Shown in pieces: positions 1 through 9,139 of a DNA stretch of 59,976 nucleotides (positions are counted from its first letter, which is position 1; each line of letters opens with the position of its first letter). The notes under the pieces were generated by a model. That model was given only the letters and a program-made list of their open reading frames with translations, made no database searches and was not told the DNA's origin. Source of the DNA: an uncultured Pseudomonadota bacterium. Lineage in GTDB: Bacteria; Pseudomonadota; Alphaproteobacteria; UBA3830. The position numbers were made by a program, and so were the translations under genes. Where the stretch lies: assembly GCA_902796155.1 (NCBI GenBank), contig CADBNZ010000051.1, positions 1-59,976 of the forward strand. Direction: 5' to 3'.

Positions 1-37
1 AGTAGTATAAAAAGTTGTTTGCAGGATTTTTTATCTC

Positions 38-886
38 CTATCTCTTATGCAAAACAAGAGTCAGCCAATCCTGATGGATGTATTTATATTTCAATTCCAA
101 TCCAAGAGACGTATATTTTTCGAGCACGCTATAATCTCCGGCATTAAAACCAGATAAAACCAAAATCCCATCTCTGTTTAAACTGCTCACAATCGATTCT
201 GCCAAAGAAATAAGCGGCGTCGCCAAAATATTCGCGACAATAAAATCATACTTATTGGCATCAAATTCATGTCCAACATTTTGAAAAACAGAAACCCTGT
301 GCGCAACATGATTAATTACGATATTTTCGCTCGTTATGCGAACCGCCTCAGGATCGATATCGCATGCTGTAACGGATTTTGCTCCTAACTTTGCAAGCGC
401 AATACTGAGAATGCCGGATCCACATCCTATATCAAGCACATTTTTATGTATTGCATGATTAAAAAACGTCTGGCACGCAAGCAAACATCGACTTGTTGTC
501 GGATGTTCTCCTGTTCCAAAAGCCGTTGCCGCTGCAATTTCTATCGCAATCTTATTTGCTGGCCTTTTTTTCATGCGCAAATGCGGACCGAACATATAAA
601 AATCGCCCACAGTAATCGGCTTAAAATTCTCGAAACACTTGGCCAACCAATCCACATTTTCAAGGGTATCTATTTCAATAGATGAATACTTATAATCTGC
701 TAAAATCTGCGAAATGTCCATCTTCTTTATCGGCAAAGTCGATAAAATTTCAACAAACCATTTATCATCGCTTTTTTCAACGCATGACACAGAGAGATAA
801 TCCTTTTCAAACAGCAAATCGACTATCGCAAAGCTATCGCTTATAGAAAAATCTCCGACTGTGCATTTGAAAATTTTCTGTGTCAT
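38..886 (-). CDS. prmA: 50S ribosomal protein L11 methyltransferase
   Basis: AFGTGEHPTT, VLDIGCGSGILSI and DFIVANILA motifs. Confidence 0.93.
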   Translation of the reverse strand: MTQKIFKCTVGDFSISDSFAIVDLLFEKDYLSVSCVEKSDDKWFVEILSTLPIKKMDISQILADYKYSSIEIDTLENVDWLAKCFENFKPITVGDFYMFGPHLRMKKRPANKIAIEIAAATAFGTGEHPTTSRCLLACQTFFNHAIHKNVLDIGCGSGILSIALAKLGAKSVTACDIDPEAVRITSENIVINHVAHRVSVFQNVGHEFDANKYDFIVANILATPLISLAESIVSSLNRDGILVLSGFNAGDYSVLEKYTSLGLELKYKYIHQDWLTLVLHKR

Positions 887-896
887 TGTTGTTGTC

Positions 897-1430
897 TCAC
901 TTCTGAGCTGCAGGAGTTAGAATCATCATCATTTGCCGCCCCTCAAGTTGCGGATTGCCTTCGCTTTTCGCAAATTCTTTTACATCATCAATCAATCTGT
1001 TCAATAATTTTACGCCGAACTCCTGACGTGATAATTCTCTACCGCGAAACTTCAGTGTAATCTTTACTTTGTTTCCTTCTTTAATGAACTTAGTAATACT
1101 ATTTAACTTAACTTGATAATCATGTTCACCGATAGCAGGCGTAAATTTTACTTCTTTTACTTCTATAACTTTTTGTTTCTTTTTCGCTTCTGCTTTTTTC
1201 TTTTGAAGTTCGTATTTCAATTTTCCGTAATCTATGATTCTACAAACAGGAGGAACGGCATTTGGCGAAACCTCGACTAAATCGAGCCCCACCTCATCCG
1301 CCTTAGCCAAAGCGGATCTTATGTTCACAATACCTAGCGCTTCCCCATTTTGATCTATTAAACGAACCTGTTGAGCTGTGATCGCTCTGTTTATTCTGTG
1401 CTTTTCCGTAGAAAGACGAGTACTTTCCAA
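897..1430 (-). CDS. infC: Translation initiation factor IF-3 (non-ATG start: TTG at 1430 or in-frame ATT at 1433)
   Basis: RINRAITAQQVRLID, DLVEVSPNAVPPVCRIIDYGK, KVKITLKFRGRE; GGAG SD at 1440-1437. Confidence 0.97.
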   Translation of the reverse strand: MESTRLSTEKHRINRAITAQQVRLIDQNGEALGIVNIRSALAKADEVGLDLVEVSPNAVPPVCRIIDYGKLKYELQKKKAEAKKKQKVIEVKEVKFTPAIGEHDYQVKLNSITKFIKEGNKVKITLKFRGRELSRQEFGVKLLNRLIDDVKEFAKSEGNPQLEGRQMMMILTPAAQK

Positions 1431-1621
1431 AATTAACTCCCATTAAAAAAAATAAAATAAAAATCACCAGATGCCAGACTAATTATTTTTACATAAAAAT
1501 CAATTAATGATCGGAATATTTTTTTTACTGTTGTTTTTAACGCACGATTTTTTCTAAAACATGCCACTTTTCTGCTATTCTTAATAAGTAAGGTACAGAC
1601 GAGCAAGAAAGGAAATATCAA

Positions 1622-2524
1622 ATGGGTATTTTTTCGAAAATAAAATCAGCATTGCAAAAAACATCAGAAAAAATATCAATAACAATAACGGGAAAAAAAA
1701 TAGATGAAAATTTTGCGCAGGAAATAGAAGACGCCCTTATTTTAGTTGATGCAGGTGTTGAAACGGCGACTGAACTTGCGAGGAGAGTAGCAGATAAGAA
1801 ATTTCCGAAAGAAACAACTAATGTTGATGTACAAAAATATCTTGCGGATGAAATTGCAAAAATGATGAAACCATATGAAGCGGATCTTTTTCATCAAGAT
1901 TTTTCTCACGAGCCGTTTGTAATTTTGGTAATCGGAGTAAATGGCAACGGAAAAACAACCACCATTGCAAAAATCGCGAACATTTTAAAAACTTTAGGGA
2001 AGAAACCTTTGCTGGTTGCCGCTGATACGTTCAGAGCAGCAGCAGTTGAGCAGCTAAAATACTGGGCAAATCGCATTTCCGTAGATTTTTTGTGCGGAAA
2101 AGAAAAAGCAGATCCGGCAGGACTCGTTTATAGCGCCCTTGAACATGCGAAAAGCAACGGAAATGACACTGTTCTAATAGACACTGCCGGAAGAATGCAA
2201 AATCGCAGTGACTTACTTGATGAATTAGAGAAAATAAAAAGAGTAATCAAAAAAATTGATACTTCTGCGCCGCATTCCACGATTTTGGTTTTGGATGGAA
2301 TAACAGGACAGGCAACACACAGCCAAGTTGAGACATTTTTAGAAAAAATCGGTATAGACGGCGTGATTGTCACAAAATTAGATGGATCCGCAAAGGCAGG
2401 ATCGCTGATTTCACTAACCAGAAAATACGGTATCAAGATTTTTGCGATAGGCGTTGGCGAAGGTATAGACGATTTGAAGCCATTTGACGCCACCGACTAC
2501 GCAAAAGCGATAATGGGGATTTGA
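1622..2524 (+). CDS. ftsY: Signal recognition particle receptor FtsY (short, NG domain only)
   Basis: GVNGNGKTTT, DTFRAAAVEQL, DTAGR, TKLDGSAKAG, GVGEGIDDL. Confidence 0.96.
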   Translation: MGIFSKIKSALQKTSEKISITITGKKIDENFAQEIEDALILVDAGVETATELARRVADKKFPKETTNVDVQKYLADEIAKMMKPYEADLFHQDFSHEPFVILVIGVNGNGKTTTIAKIANILKTLGKKPLLVAADTFRAAAVEQLKYWANRISVDFLCGKEKADPAGLVYSALEHAKSNGNDTVLIDTAGRMQNRSDLLDELEKIKRVIKKIDTSAPHSTILVLDGITGQATHSQVETFLEKIGIDGVIVTKLDGSAKAGSLISLTRKYGIKIFAIGVGEGIDDLKPFDATDYAKAIMGI

Positions 2525-2803
2525 AAGCGTGTTTTTATTTCATAAAAATAGTTCGTGGTAAGGAATGTCCTGTTAGGTAAACATACTAAAGAAAAATAGT
2601 CTGCCTAAAATATTCATATGTGGCTTAGGAAGTGTTCTATATATTAGTGTTGATCTCCTGAAAAACAATGATGACATACAGTCGATTGTCAAAACGCCGA
2701 GGTACAGGAGTAATCAGATGGCAGTAACTGTGGTGCATTCCTCCTTAGAGCTTCGATCTAGATGACTAATTCAGCAATAGTGCAAAACCAGCTAGCTCCA
2801 CCA

Positions 2804-2879
2804 CGTCATTCTGAGCAACGCGAAGAATCCAGTGGAGGTGATGTTTTTTTACTGGATCCTTCACTACGTTCAGGATGAC
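2804..2879. repeat. CGTC-tagged palindromic (REP-like) repeat, inverted dimer
   Basis: CGTCATTCTGAGCAACGCGAAGAATCCAGT (2804-2833) faces ACTGGATCCTTCACTACGTTCAGGATGAC (2851-2879); same unit recurs at 4280, 21891 and 43179-43386. Confidence 0.85.
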
Positions 2880-2927
2880 AGGGCGGTATCCTCGATCAAA
2901 ATGGCAACGTAGCACCACGACAGTGGA

Positions 2928-2995
2928 TGTCAAAAGCCACAGGGAAGAAATGCAGATATTGTGATATATTACTAAATTCCCCTGTGGTTCTGACA
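2928..2995. repeat. Short inverted-repeat (MITE-like or terminator-like) element
   Basis: TGTCAAAAGCCACAGGG (2928-2944) is nearly the reverse complement of CCCTGTGGTTCTGACA (2980-2995). Confidence 0.5.
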
Positions 2996-3064
2996 AATAC
3001 CAGAGTCATCGCGCAAGTAATTTTACCGAAAAGATTCCTTGTGATTTTTTTCAAAGAACGTTGA

Positions 3065-4075
3065 TTATTCTAGTGTGATCTCTTTAATTATTTTGCCATC
3101 TTTATAGGCTTCCCCATCGAGCATAAATATACAATTAGGCAATTGCGGCGAGAAACTAGTTATTATTCTAAACTGATCTGCCTTACTTGCAGTAATGCTT
3201 ACTTTTTTCAAATTAGCCAATTGTGTAATTACCCCTAATTTATCCAATGACACTTGGTTATTGCTAAGATCCAACTCTTGTAACTCATTAAATTCTTCAA
3301 TCCCTTCCAGAGATATTAACTGATTATTGCTAAGATCTAATTTTAGCACACTAGGTAGTAAAATAGTTTCTTTTAACTCCGCAAATACTGGCACTATTCT
3401 GACAAATAATCCAGGGGTATCATTAGTATTACTAAGATTCAGTTCTTGCAACCCACTAAATTGTTCAATTCCGACCAAAGATGTTAGCGGATTGTTACTA
3501 AGATCTAGTTTCTGTACACTAGGCATAGGTTTAGTTACTTTTAAAGACTCAATTCGATTATCGCTAAGATTCAACTCTTGCAACTTAGTAAGTCCCTCAA
3601 TTCCTTCTAGAGACGTTATTAGATTCTTGCTAAGGTCCAATATCTGTACACCGGGAATTCCCTCAACTCCTTCAAATGAAGTTAACTTCTCATCGACAAT
3701 GTGCAACTCTAATAAATCAGCTAGTTTGCCGATTTCCCTCAATGACATTATGTTATTACCATTAACATGCAATAGTGCCAGTTTAGGATAACTTTTCTCA
3801 ATTCCTCGTAATGAAACGCTGTGTTTTTTATTTATAAAAAAACAGTTCTGTAGCGTTAAATGAGCTGATTCAGCAGACTCACTAGAATCGGATTCCGAAC
3901 TAGAGTCGGGTCCTGGAAACGACGCTTCCAAAGGTGAACAAAAAAGTAAAGCCGATATACAAATTCCGCCTATTATTGCTGGCTTGAAGATGTTTTCTTT
4001 CATAAAATTATCTCTTCGTATATTAGAGACTGTTCTTTTTGATTTTTCTTTTTTTGAAGCCAAGACTTTATTCAT
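3065..4075 (-). CDS. Leucine-rich repeat protein, probably secreted (alternative start 4003)
   Basis: 22-aa LxxLxLSxNxIxSLEGIE repeats; hydrophobic signal-like segment IIGGICISALLFCSPLEA; Ser/Glu-rich linker. Confidence 0.85.
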   Translation of the reverse strand: MNKVLASKKEKSKRTVSNIRRDNFMKENIFKPAIIGGICISALLFCSPLEASFPGPDSSSESDSSESAESAHLTLQNCFFINKKHSVSLRGIEKSYPKLALLHVNGNNIMSLREIGKLADLLELHIVDEKLTSFEGVEGIPGVQILDLSKNLITSLEGIEGLTKLQELNLSDNRIESLKVTKPMPSVQKLDLSNNPLTSLVGIEQFSGLQELNLSNTNDTPGLFVRIVPVFAELKETILLPSVLKLDLSNNQLISLEGIEEFNELQELDLSNNQVSLDKLGVITQLANLKKVSITASKADQFRIITSFSPQLPNCIFMLDGEAYKDGKIIKEITLE

Positions 4076-4279
4076 ATTTTTTCCTCATAAATAATATATT
4101 TTAAATGTAACAAAAATAAGTAAAAAAAAAGATAAAGTTCTCTATTCTTTCTTGTATTTTCTCACTTTCTTAACCCCAATCAAGGTGATAAGGTAGCAAC
4201 GTTAGCAACAGGCCGAGTGAACCCTCCGCCTCGATCAGGATAACTAATGAGGCACTGGATCTAAACACGCTTTCATCTC

Positions 4280-4376
4280 CGTCATTCTGAGCAACGCGAA
4301 GAATCCAGAGTTGTTGTTATGTTATTGTTATTCTTTGTACTGGATCCTTCGGTCGCTTCGCTTCCTCAGGATGACG
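4280..4376. repeat. CGTC-tagged palindromic (REP-like) repeat, inverted dimer
   Basis: CGTCATTCTGAGCAACGCGAAGAATCCAG identical to the 2804 copy; right arm CTGGATCCTTCGGTCGCTTCGCTTCCTCAGGATGACG. Confidence 0.85.
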
Positions 4377-4466
4377 TGAGCAGACGGAAAATACCATTCA
4401 GATCGACTAGCGAGAGCGAAGAACCTAAAATCCATATCTTTCACCCTCCCTCTTCGTGCCTTTTTC

Positions 4467-5252
4467 TCATTTCTCACGAAATCGTTCGTAGTAGAACATG
4501 TATTGCTGGACAAGGCCTGCGTATCCCCGAAAACGTCCGATATCGAATTCCCCTCCGTATTGCCTCTGTAGGATTCGTTTTATCCAAACATCAACAGGGA
4601 ATGCCTCCAACTTTCGCAACCCGAAAAGAGCTATACAGTTTGCGACCTTGTCTCCTATTCCATCGAATTTTTTGAGATAAGCAACTGCGTCATGGTATGA
4701 CATTTTTCGCAATTCACCAAAGTTTAATCGGCCTTCAGTTGCAGCAACAGCCACATTTCGCACATATCTTGCGCGATATCCCAATCCTATTTTTGCAAAA
4801 TCATCTTCGCTGAATGCCAACAGCTCTTGTGGCGTCGGAAAGTGCAATCCATAGGGCGCACACAGCCTTTTTATGATGCCCTTAATGCGCGGAATATTAT
4901 TTTGCTGAGAAATAATGAAACTGATGATAACTTCCCACAAATCTTGGTTCAAAATCCGCATTCCATAGCCAAAATCGACTGCGCGCGTAAGATACGAATC
5001 GCCAACAGCTCGTATTTTTGCCTTAATCTCTCCGTAGTCTCGCTGCATATCGAAATAATTGTGCCAGAGTTCATTATATTCGTCGGTAGCACATTCAAAA
5101 ATGTGTGTATTGTCGTCTCTTACACGGATTTTTAGGCTTTTACCAAACGCAATAACTTCCCATCTTCCCTCTGATTGCTCAGAAATGCGGAAACATTGCC
5201 CAGAATTGGCTATTTGCGCTATGTTGAAGTCATCTGAACGAATTTCGATCAT
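4467..5252 (-). CDS. 8-oxoguanine DNA glycosylase/AP lyase (OGG1-like, HhH-GPD superfamily)
   Basis: SGQCFR, QDLWEVIISFIISQQNNIPRI, GLGYRARY, GIGDKVANCIALF, FPVDVWI. Confidence 0.9.
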   Translation of the reverse strand: MIEIRSDDFNIAQIANSGQCFRISEQSEGRWEVIAFGKSLKIRVRDDNTHIFECATDEYNELWHNYFDMQRDYGEIKAKIRAVGDSYLTRAVDFGYGMRILNQDLWEVIISFIISQQNNIPRIKGIIKRLCAPYGLHFPTPQELLAFSEDDFAKIGLGYRARYVRNVAVAATEGRLNFGELRKMSYHDAVAYLKKFDGIGDKVANCIALFGLRKLEAFPVDVWIKRILQRQYGGEFDIGRFRGYAGLVQQYMFYYERFREK

Positions 5253-5350
5253 ATATCATAAAATCCCATTGATAACGCAAGAATAACTTGATAGGTTGTT
5301 CCCGTGCAATAAAATACGTGCCATGCAGCAATAATTATACGTGATTCGAT

Positions 5351-6289
5351 ATGTACAGAATAGAAGAGTTGATAATTTATCGCCTAACGAGCTTAGCAAA
5401 GAAGATCACGGGAAGAAATTTCTTGATTTCCCTTCCGTCTGCGTGGATTATCGTATTTTTCCTCTGTTCTTGCCTGATTCTGCTGAAAATCAGCTTATCT
5501 GACAGCGTCATATCATCGCCACCGTACACAAGTTTGATCGATTGGATTTCGGGAAACGTGCTGCAAATCCGCCTAAATCTTGGCAATTATATGAGCCTAT
5601 TCAGTAACGAAATGTACATGCGCGGTTTCGCAACTTCAGTATTAATCGCAGGAGCGTCAACTATATGCTGCTTATTGATTGGATTCCCTATGGCTCTGGC
5701 AATAGTCAGATCATCTCCGAAAGTGCGGGCAATGTTGCTAACGTTGGTGATTTTGCCGTTTTGGACATCATTTTTGATAAGAGTATATGCATGGCTTATG
5801 CTGCTCAGCCCAAGCGGATTTATCAACAGTTTTCTGATGAAATTTCATTTAATAGACGCGCCATTACAGCTTATGAACAACTCTTACGCAGCATGTGTAG
5901 GCATTATTTACGCATACCTACCGTTTATGATATTTCCGCTTTACAGCGCTATAGAAAAAATCGACTACACACTTATTGAAGCGGCTTATGATTTGGGCAG
6001 TTCTCCTATGACAGCGTTTTTTTCAATTGTAGTTCCTCTTGCGATGCCAGGAATATACGCGGGATCCGCCCTGGTTTTTGTTCCGGCAATCGGCGAATTT
6101 GTTATTCCGGAGCTTTTAGGGGGCGCGCAAACTCTTACAATTGGACGATTGGTTTGGAACGAATTTTTCGGCAATCTTTCATGGCCTACAGCAGCCGCTT
6201 TGTCGATTATCTTGCTTATGTTCGTTGTGTTTCCGATTGTTCTCATGCAAAGGCGCAAAGAAGTCAGGCTTTTGAGGGATGTACGGTAA
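5351..6289 (+). CDS. potH: Putrescine/spermidine ABC transporter permease (PotH/PotB)
   Basis: LPFWTSFLIRVYAW, EAAYDLG EAA loop, PAIGEFVIPELLGG. Confidence 0.85.
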   Translation: MYRIEELIIYRLTSLAKKITGRNFLISLPSAWIIVFFLCSCLILLKISLSDSVISSPPYTSLIDWISGNVLQIRLNLGNYMSLFSNEMYMRGFATSVLIAGASTICCLLIGFPMALAIVRSSPKVRAMLLTLVILPFWTSFLIRVYAWLMLLSPSGFINSFLMKFHLIDAPLQLMNNSYAACVGIIYAYLPFMIFPLYSAIEKIDYTLIEAAYDLGSSPMTAFFSIVVPLAMPGIYAGSALVFVPAIGEFVIPELLGGAQTLTIGRLVWNEFFGNLSWPTAAALSIILLMFVVFPIVLMQRRKEVRLLRDVR

Positions 6290-7103
6290 AATGAAAATCA
6301 AATGGCCAAACATTATTTTATTTTTCGGATATATGTTTTTGTATTTCCCGCTCATTTGTATTGTCATTTATTCATTCAATGAATCGCGGCTTGTTAGTGT
6401 ATGGGCTGGTTTTTCTTTGAAATGGTACAAAGCTCTGCTGTCTGACCCTATTATCTTGCGAGCGACATTCACGAGCCTTAAAGTTGCTACAATATCAGCT
6501 ACGGTTTCGGTGGTAATAGGAACAATCGCTGCTATTGTTATTACGAGATTCCACGGTTTCCGCGGAAAATCGCTTTTTATAGGTGCTGTAACTGCTCCGT
6601 TGGTTATGCCTGAGGTTGTTCTTGGGCTGTCTATATTGATGCTCTTCGTTGGCATGGAAAAAATTTTCGGATGGCCAGCAGGAAGAGGGACAACAACGGT
6701 TATTATCGCTCATATTACATTGACGCTTTCGTACGTAACAATGCTTGTTCAGGCAAGATTGCAAGATTTTGACCGCTCGATAGAAGAAGCGGCGCTCGAT
6801 CTCGGTGCCTCACCTCTGAAGGTTTTCTTTGTCATAACCCTTCCGATGATTTTCCCTAGTATCATTCTCGGATGGCTGCTTGCTTTTGCTCTTTCCCTAG
6901 ATGATGTCGTTATCGCAAGTTTCGTTGCGGGTCCCGGAGCAACAACACTGCCTATGATTGTTTTTTCCAGCTTGCGCTTCGGTATATCTCCTGAAATAAA
7001 TGCTTTAGCTACAATTTTGATGACTGTTCTCTCAATTGGTGTCATAATAGCGGCAGTTGTTGTACACAGAAAAAATTCTCAACAGGGAATGAGTGCTGAG
7101 TAG
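6279..7103 (+). CDS. potI: Putrescine/spermidine ABC transporter permease (PotI/PotC); start may be 6291
   Basis: YSFNESRLVSVWAGFSLKWY, EEAALDLGA, LSLDDVVIASF, SPEINALAT. Confidence 0.87.
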   Translation: MYGKMKIKWPNIILFFGYMFLYFPLICIVIYSFNESRLVSVWAGFSLKWYKALLSDPIILRATFTSLKVATISATVSVVIGTIAAIVITRFHGFRGKSLFIGAVTAPLVMPEVVLGLSILMLFVGMEKIFGWPAGRGTTTVIIAHITLTLSYVTMLVQARLQDFDRSIEEAALDLGASPLKVFFVITLPMIFPSIILGWLLAFALSLDDVVIASFVAGPGATTLPMIVFSSLRFGISPEINALATILMTVLSIGVIIAAVVVHRKNSQQGMSAE

Positions 7104-7126
7104 CTGAATAACAGAAAGGTATAAGT

Positions 7127-7942
7127 ATGAAACCATACGTTATTGTCTTCGGAAATGAAAAAGGCGGAACAGGAAAATCCACAATCGCAATGCATACAGC
7201 GGTATATCTTTTAAATTTGGGATGTAAGGTCGGGACTATCGATATAGATGCGAGACAAGGTACTCTTACACACTATTTTGAGAACAGAAAGCGCTCAGCA
7301 AGTGGCAATCCGTCGTTAAAATTGCCTCAGCATATAGCAATCGCAAGAAGTGACGCGCATAACAAAGCCGAAACAGAGCAGACAGAGCGCCAGGCGTTCG
7401 AAAATGCGATGAAGGAACTTTCAGGAAACAATTTTATTGTTATAGATACACCAGGAAACAATACTTTTTTGTCGCAGCTTGCGCATTCTTATGCAGATAC
7501 GCTTATAACTCCGATAAACGATAGTTTTGTAGATTTGGACGTCATCGTGAAGATATCAGACGGAGATATAAAGAATCTGCGCCCTAGCATATACGCCGAA
7601 ATGGTATGGGATCAGCGCAAAGAGCGTGCGAAAAGAGGCAAAAAACCTCTGGATTGGATAGTTATTAAGAATCGTCTATCTACTCTCTACACGAAAAACA
7701 GAGGAGATGTAAATACCGTTCTGGAAGCTCTTGCCAAACGCCTTAGCTTCAGGCTAGGAAATGGTTTTTGCGAACGAGTGATTTTCAAGGAATTGTTTTT
7801 GTCGGGCACAACTCTTTTGGATTTGAAAAATAACGATAACGCAATGAATCTTTCTCATGTCGCAGCTCGTCAAGAATTGCGAGAACTTATTACGTTAATG
7901 AGAATCCCTGTTTCGCAAGATTTACTAGCAGCAGCCGTATGA
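7127..7942 (+). CDS. mipZ: Division plane positioning ATPase MipZ
   Basis: GNEKGGTGKST deviant Walker A, ADTLITPINDSFVDLD, ERVIFKELF, SHVAARQELR. Confidence 0.92.
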   Translation: MKPYVIVFGNEKGGTGKSTIAMHTAVYLLNLGCKVGTIDIDARQGTLTHYFENRKRSASGNPSLKLPQHIAIARSDAHNKAETEQTERQAFENAMKELSGNNFIVIDTPGNNTFLSQLAHSYADTLITPINDSFVDLDVIVKISDGDIKNLRPSIYAEMVWDQRKERAKRGKKPLDWIVIKNRLSTLYTKNRGDVNTVLEALAKRLSFRLGNGFCERVIFKELFLSGTTLLDLKNNDNAMNLSHVAARQELRELITLMRIPVSQDLLAAAV

Positions 7943-7954
7943 GGCGATAATTTT

Positions 7955-9139
7955 ATGGCGCGTCTTGTTCAAAAATTTGGCGGAACTTCTGTAGCGACCT
8001 TGGGAAGAATCAAAAATGTCGCTGAAATAGTCGCTGAAAGCAAAACTAAGCACAAAGATATCATTGTCGTTGTATCAGCAATGGCAGGAGTTACCAACAA
8101 ATTCGTTGATTGCGTCAATTCTCTTGGAGCGGACGAAGGTCATCCCGAATACGACACCGTTCTTTCGTCAGGTGAGCTTGTAACAGCAGGATTAACCGCT
8201 ATAGCTCTCGAAAAAGTCGGCATAAAATCGCGCTCTTATGCCTCGTGGCAAGTACCAATCTTCACAAACAACAACTACGGCCATGCTGTAATCCAAAATG
8301 TCGATCCTTCAAATATCAACAAAGATCTCGAAAATGGCATAGTTCCTGTAGTTTGTGGCTTTCAGGGAGTGAGTCAGGAAGAGAAGAAAATCACAACGCT
8401 TGGCCGTGGCGGTTCCGATCTCACGGCTGTTGCTGTTGCGTCCGCTATAAAAGCCGACTTGTGCGAAATATATTCTGATGTCGATGGCGTATATACCGTC
8501 GACCCGAATTTATACACAGGCGCGCACCGAATTGATGAGATATACTACTCAGAAATGTTAGAAATGGCTTCACAAGGCGCAAAAGTGCTTCAAGAACAGT
8601 CTGTTCTTTACGCAATGGAGAAAAAAGTCGTTGTCCGTGTTGCTTCCAGCTTTATAAAGGCCCCAGGTACCATAATATCGCCTACTGCTCCGCAAAAACG
8701 CTTTTGTGGAATGGCTGTTACACCTGCCTTATCGCAAATACAGATATCTTTTAAAGATAGCATACAGAAATATGATAATGTAATACAAAACCTTCTCGCA
8801 AAACACTTTGTACAATGCGATTTCGTAGAAAACAGAGGCAAAGTAAACGTTATGCTCGATAAACGTTATGCTTCAATTGCTCTTTCGCTTATTCGAAACA
8901 GTAGCTGCATATCTGATGCACGCTATAAATTTTCACGAAAACCGCTTTCAAAAATAAGCGTAGTAGGAGCTGATTTGAACACAAATGTCGGCCAAAATTT
9001 CATCGCAGAACTAAAAAAACACAAGATAGATTCATTCGTTGGTACAGTAACATTGCACAAAATTAATCTAATTGTTGCGACTGAACAGCTACTTGACACC
9101 ATTTCTGTATTACATAAATATTGTGGATTAGACAAATGA
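7955..9139 (+). CDS. lysC: Aspartate kinase
   Basis: VQKFGGTSV, VVSAMAG, TTLGRGGSDLTAVA, SDVDGVYTVDP, GAKVL. Confidence 0.93.
   Translation: MARLVQKFGGTSVATLGRIKNVAEIVAESKTKHKDIIVVVSAMAGVTNKFVDCVNSLGADEGHPEYDTVLSSGELVTAGLTAIALEKVGIKSRSYASWQVPIFTNNNYGHAVIQNVDPSNINKDLENGIVPVVCGFQGVSQEEKKITTLGRGGSDLTAVAVASAIKADLCEIYSDVDGVYTVDPNLYTGAHRIDEIYYSEMLEMASQGAKVLQEQSVLYAMEKKVVVRVASSFIKAPGTIISPTAPQKRFCGMAVTPALSQIQISFKDSIQKYDNVIQNLLAKHFVQCDFVENRGKVNVMLDKRYASIALSLIRNSSCISDARYKFSRKPLSKISVVGADLNTNVGQNFIAELKKHKIDSFVGTVTLHKINLIVATEQLLDTISVLHKYCGLDK

Noticed and set aside
2766-2996. 76-aa ORF (likewise 4319..4675, 4328..4513, 21595..21984 and 43065..43253)
   Set aside because: These translate the palindromic repeats (VILNVVKDP, WILRVAQND, VILRKRSDRRIQ) or overlap real genes; there is no independent coding evidence.
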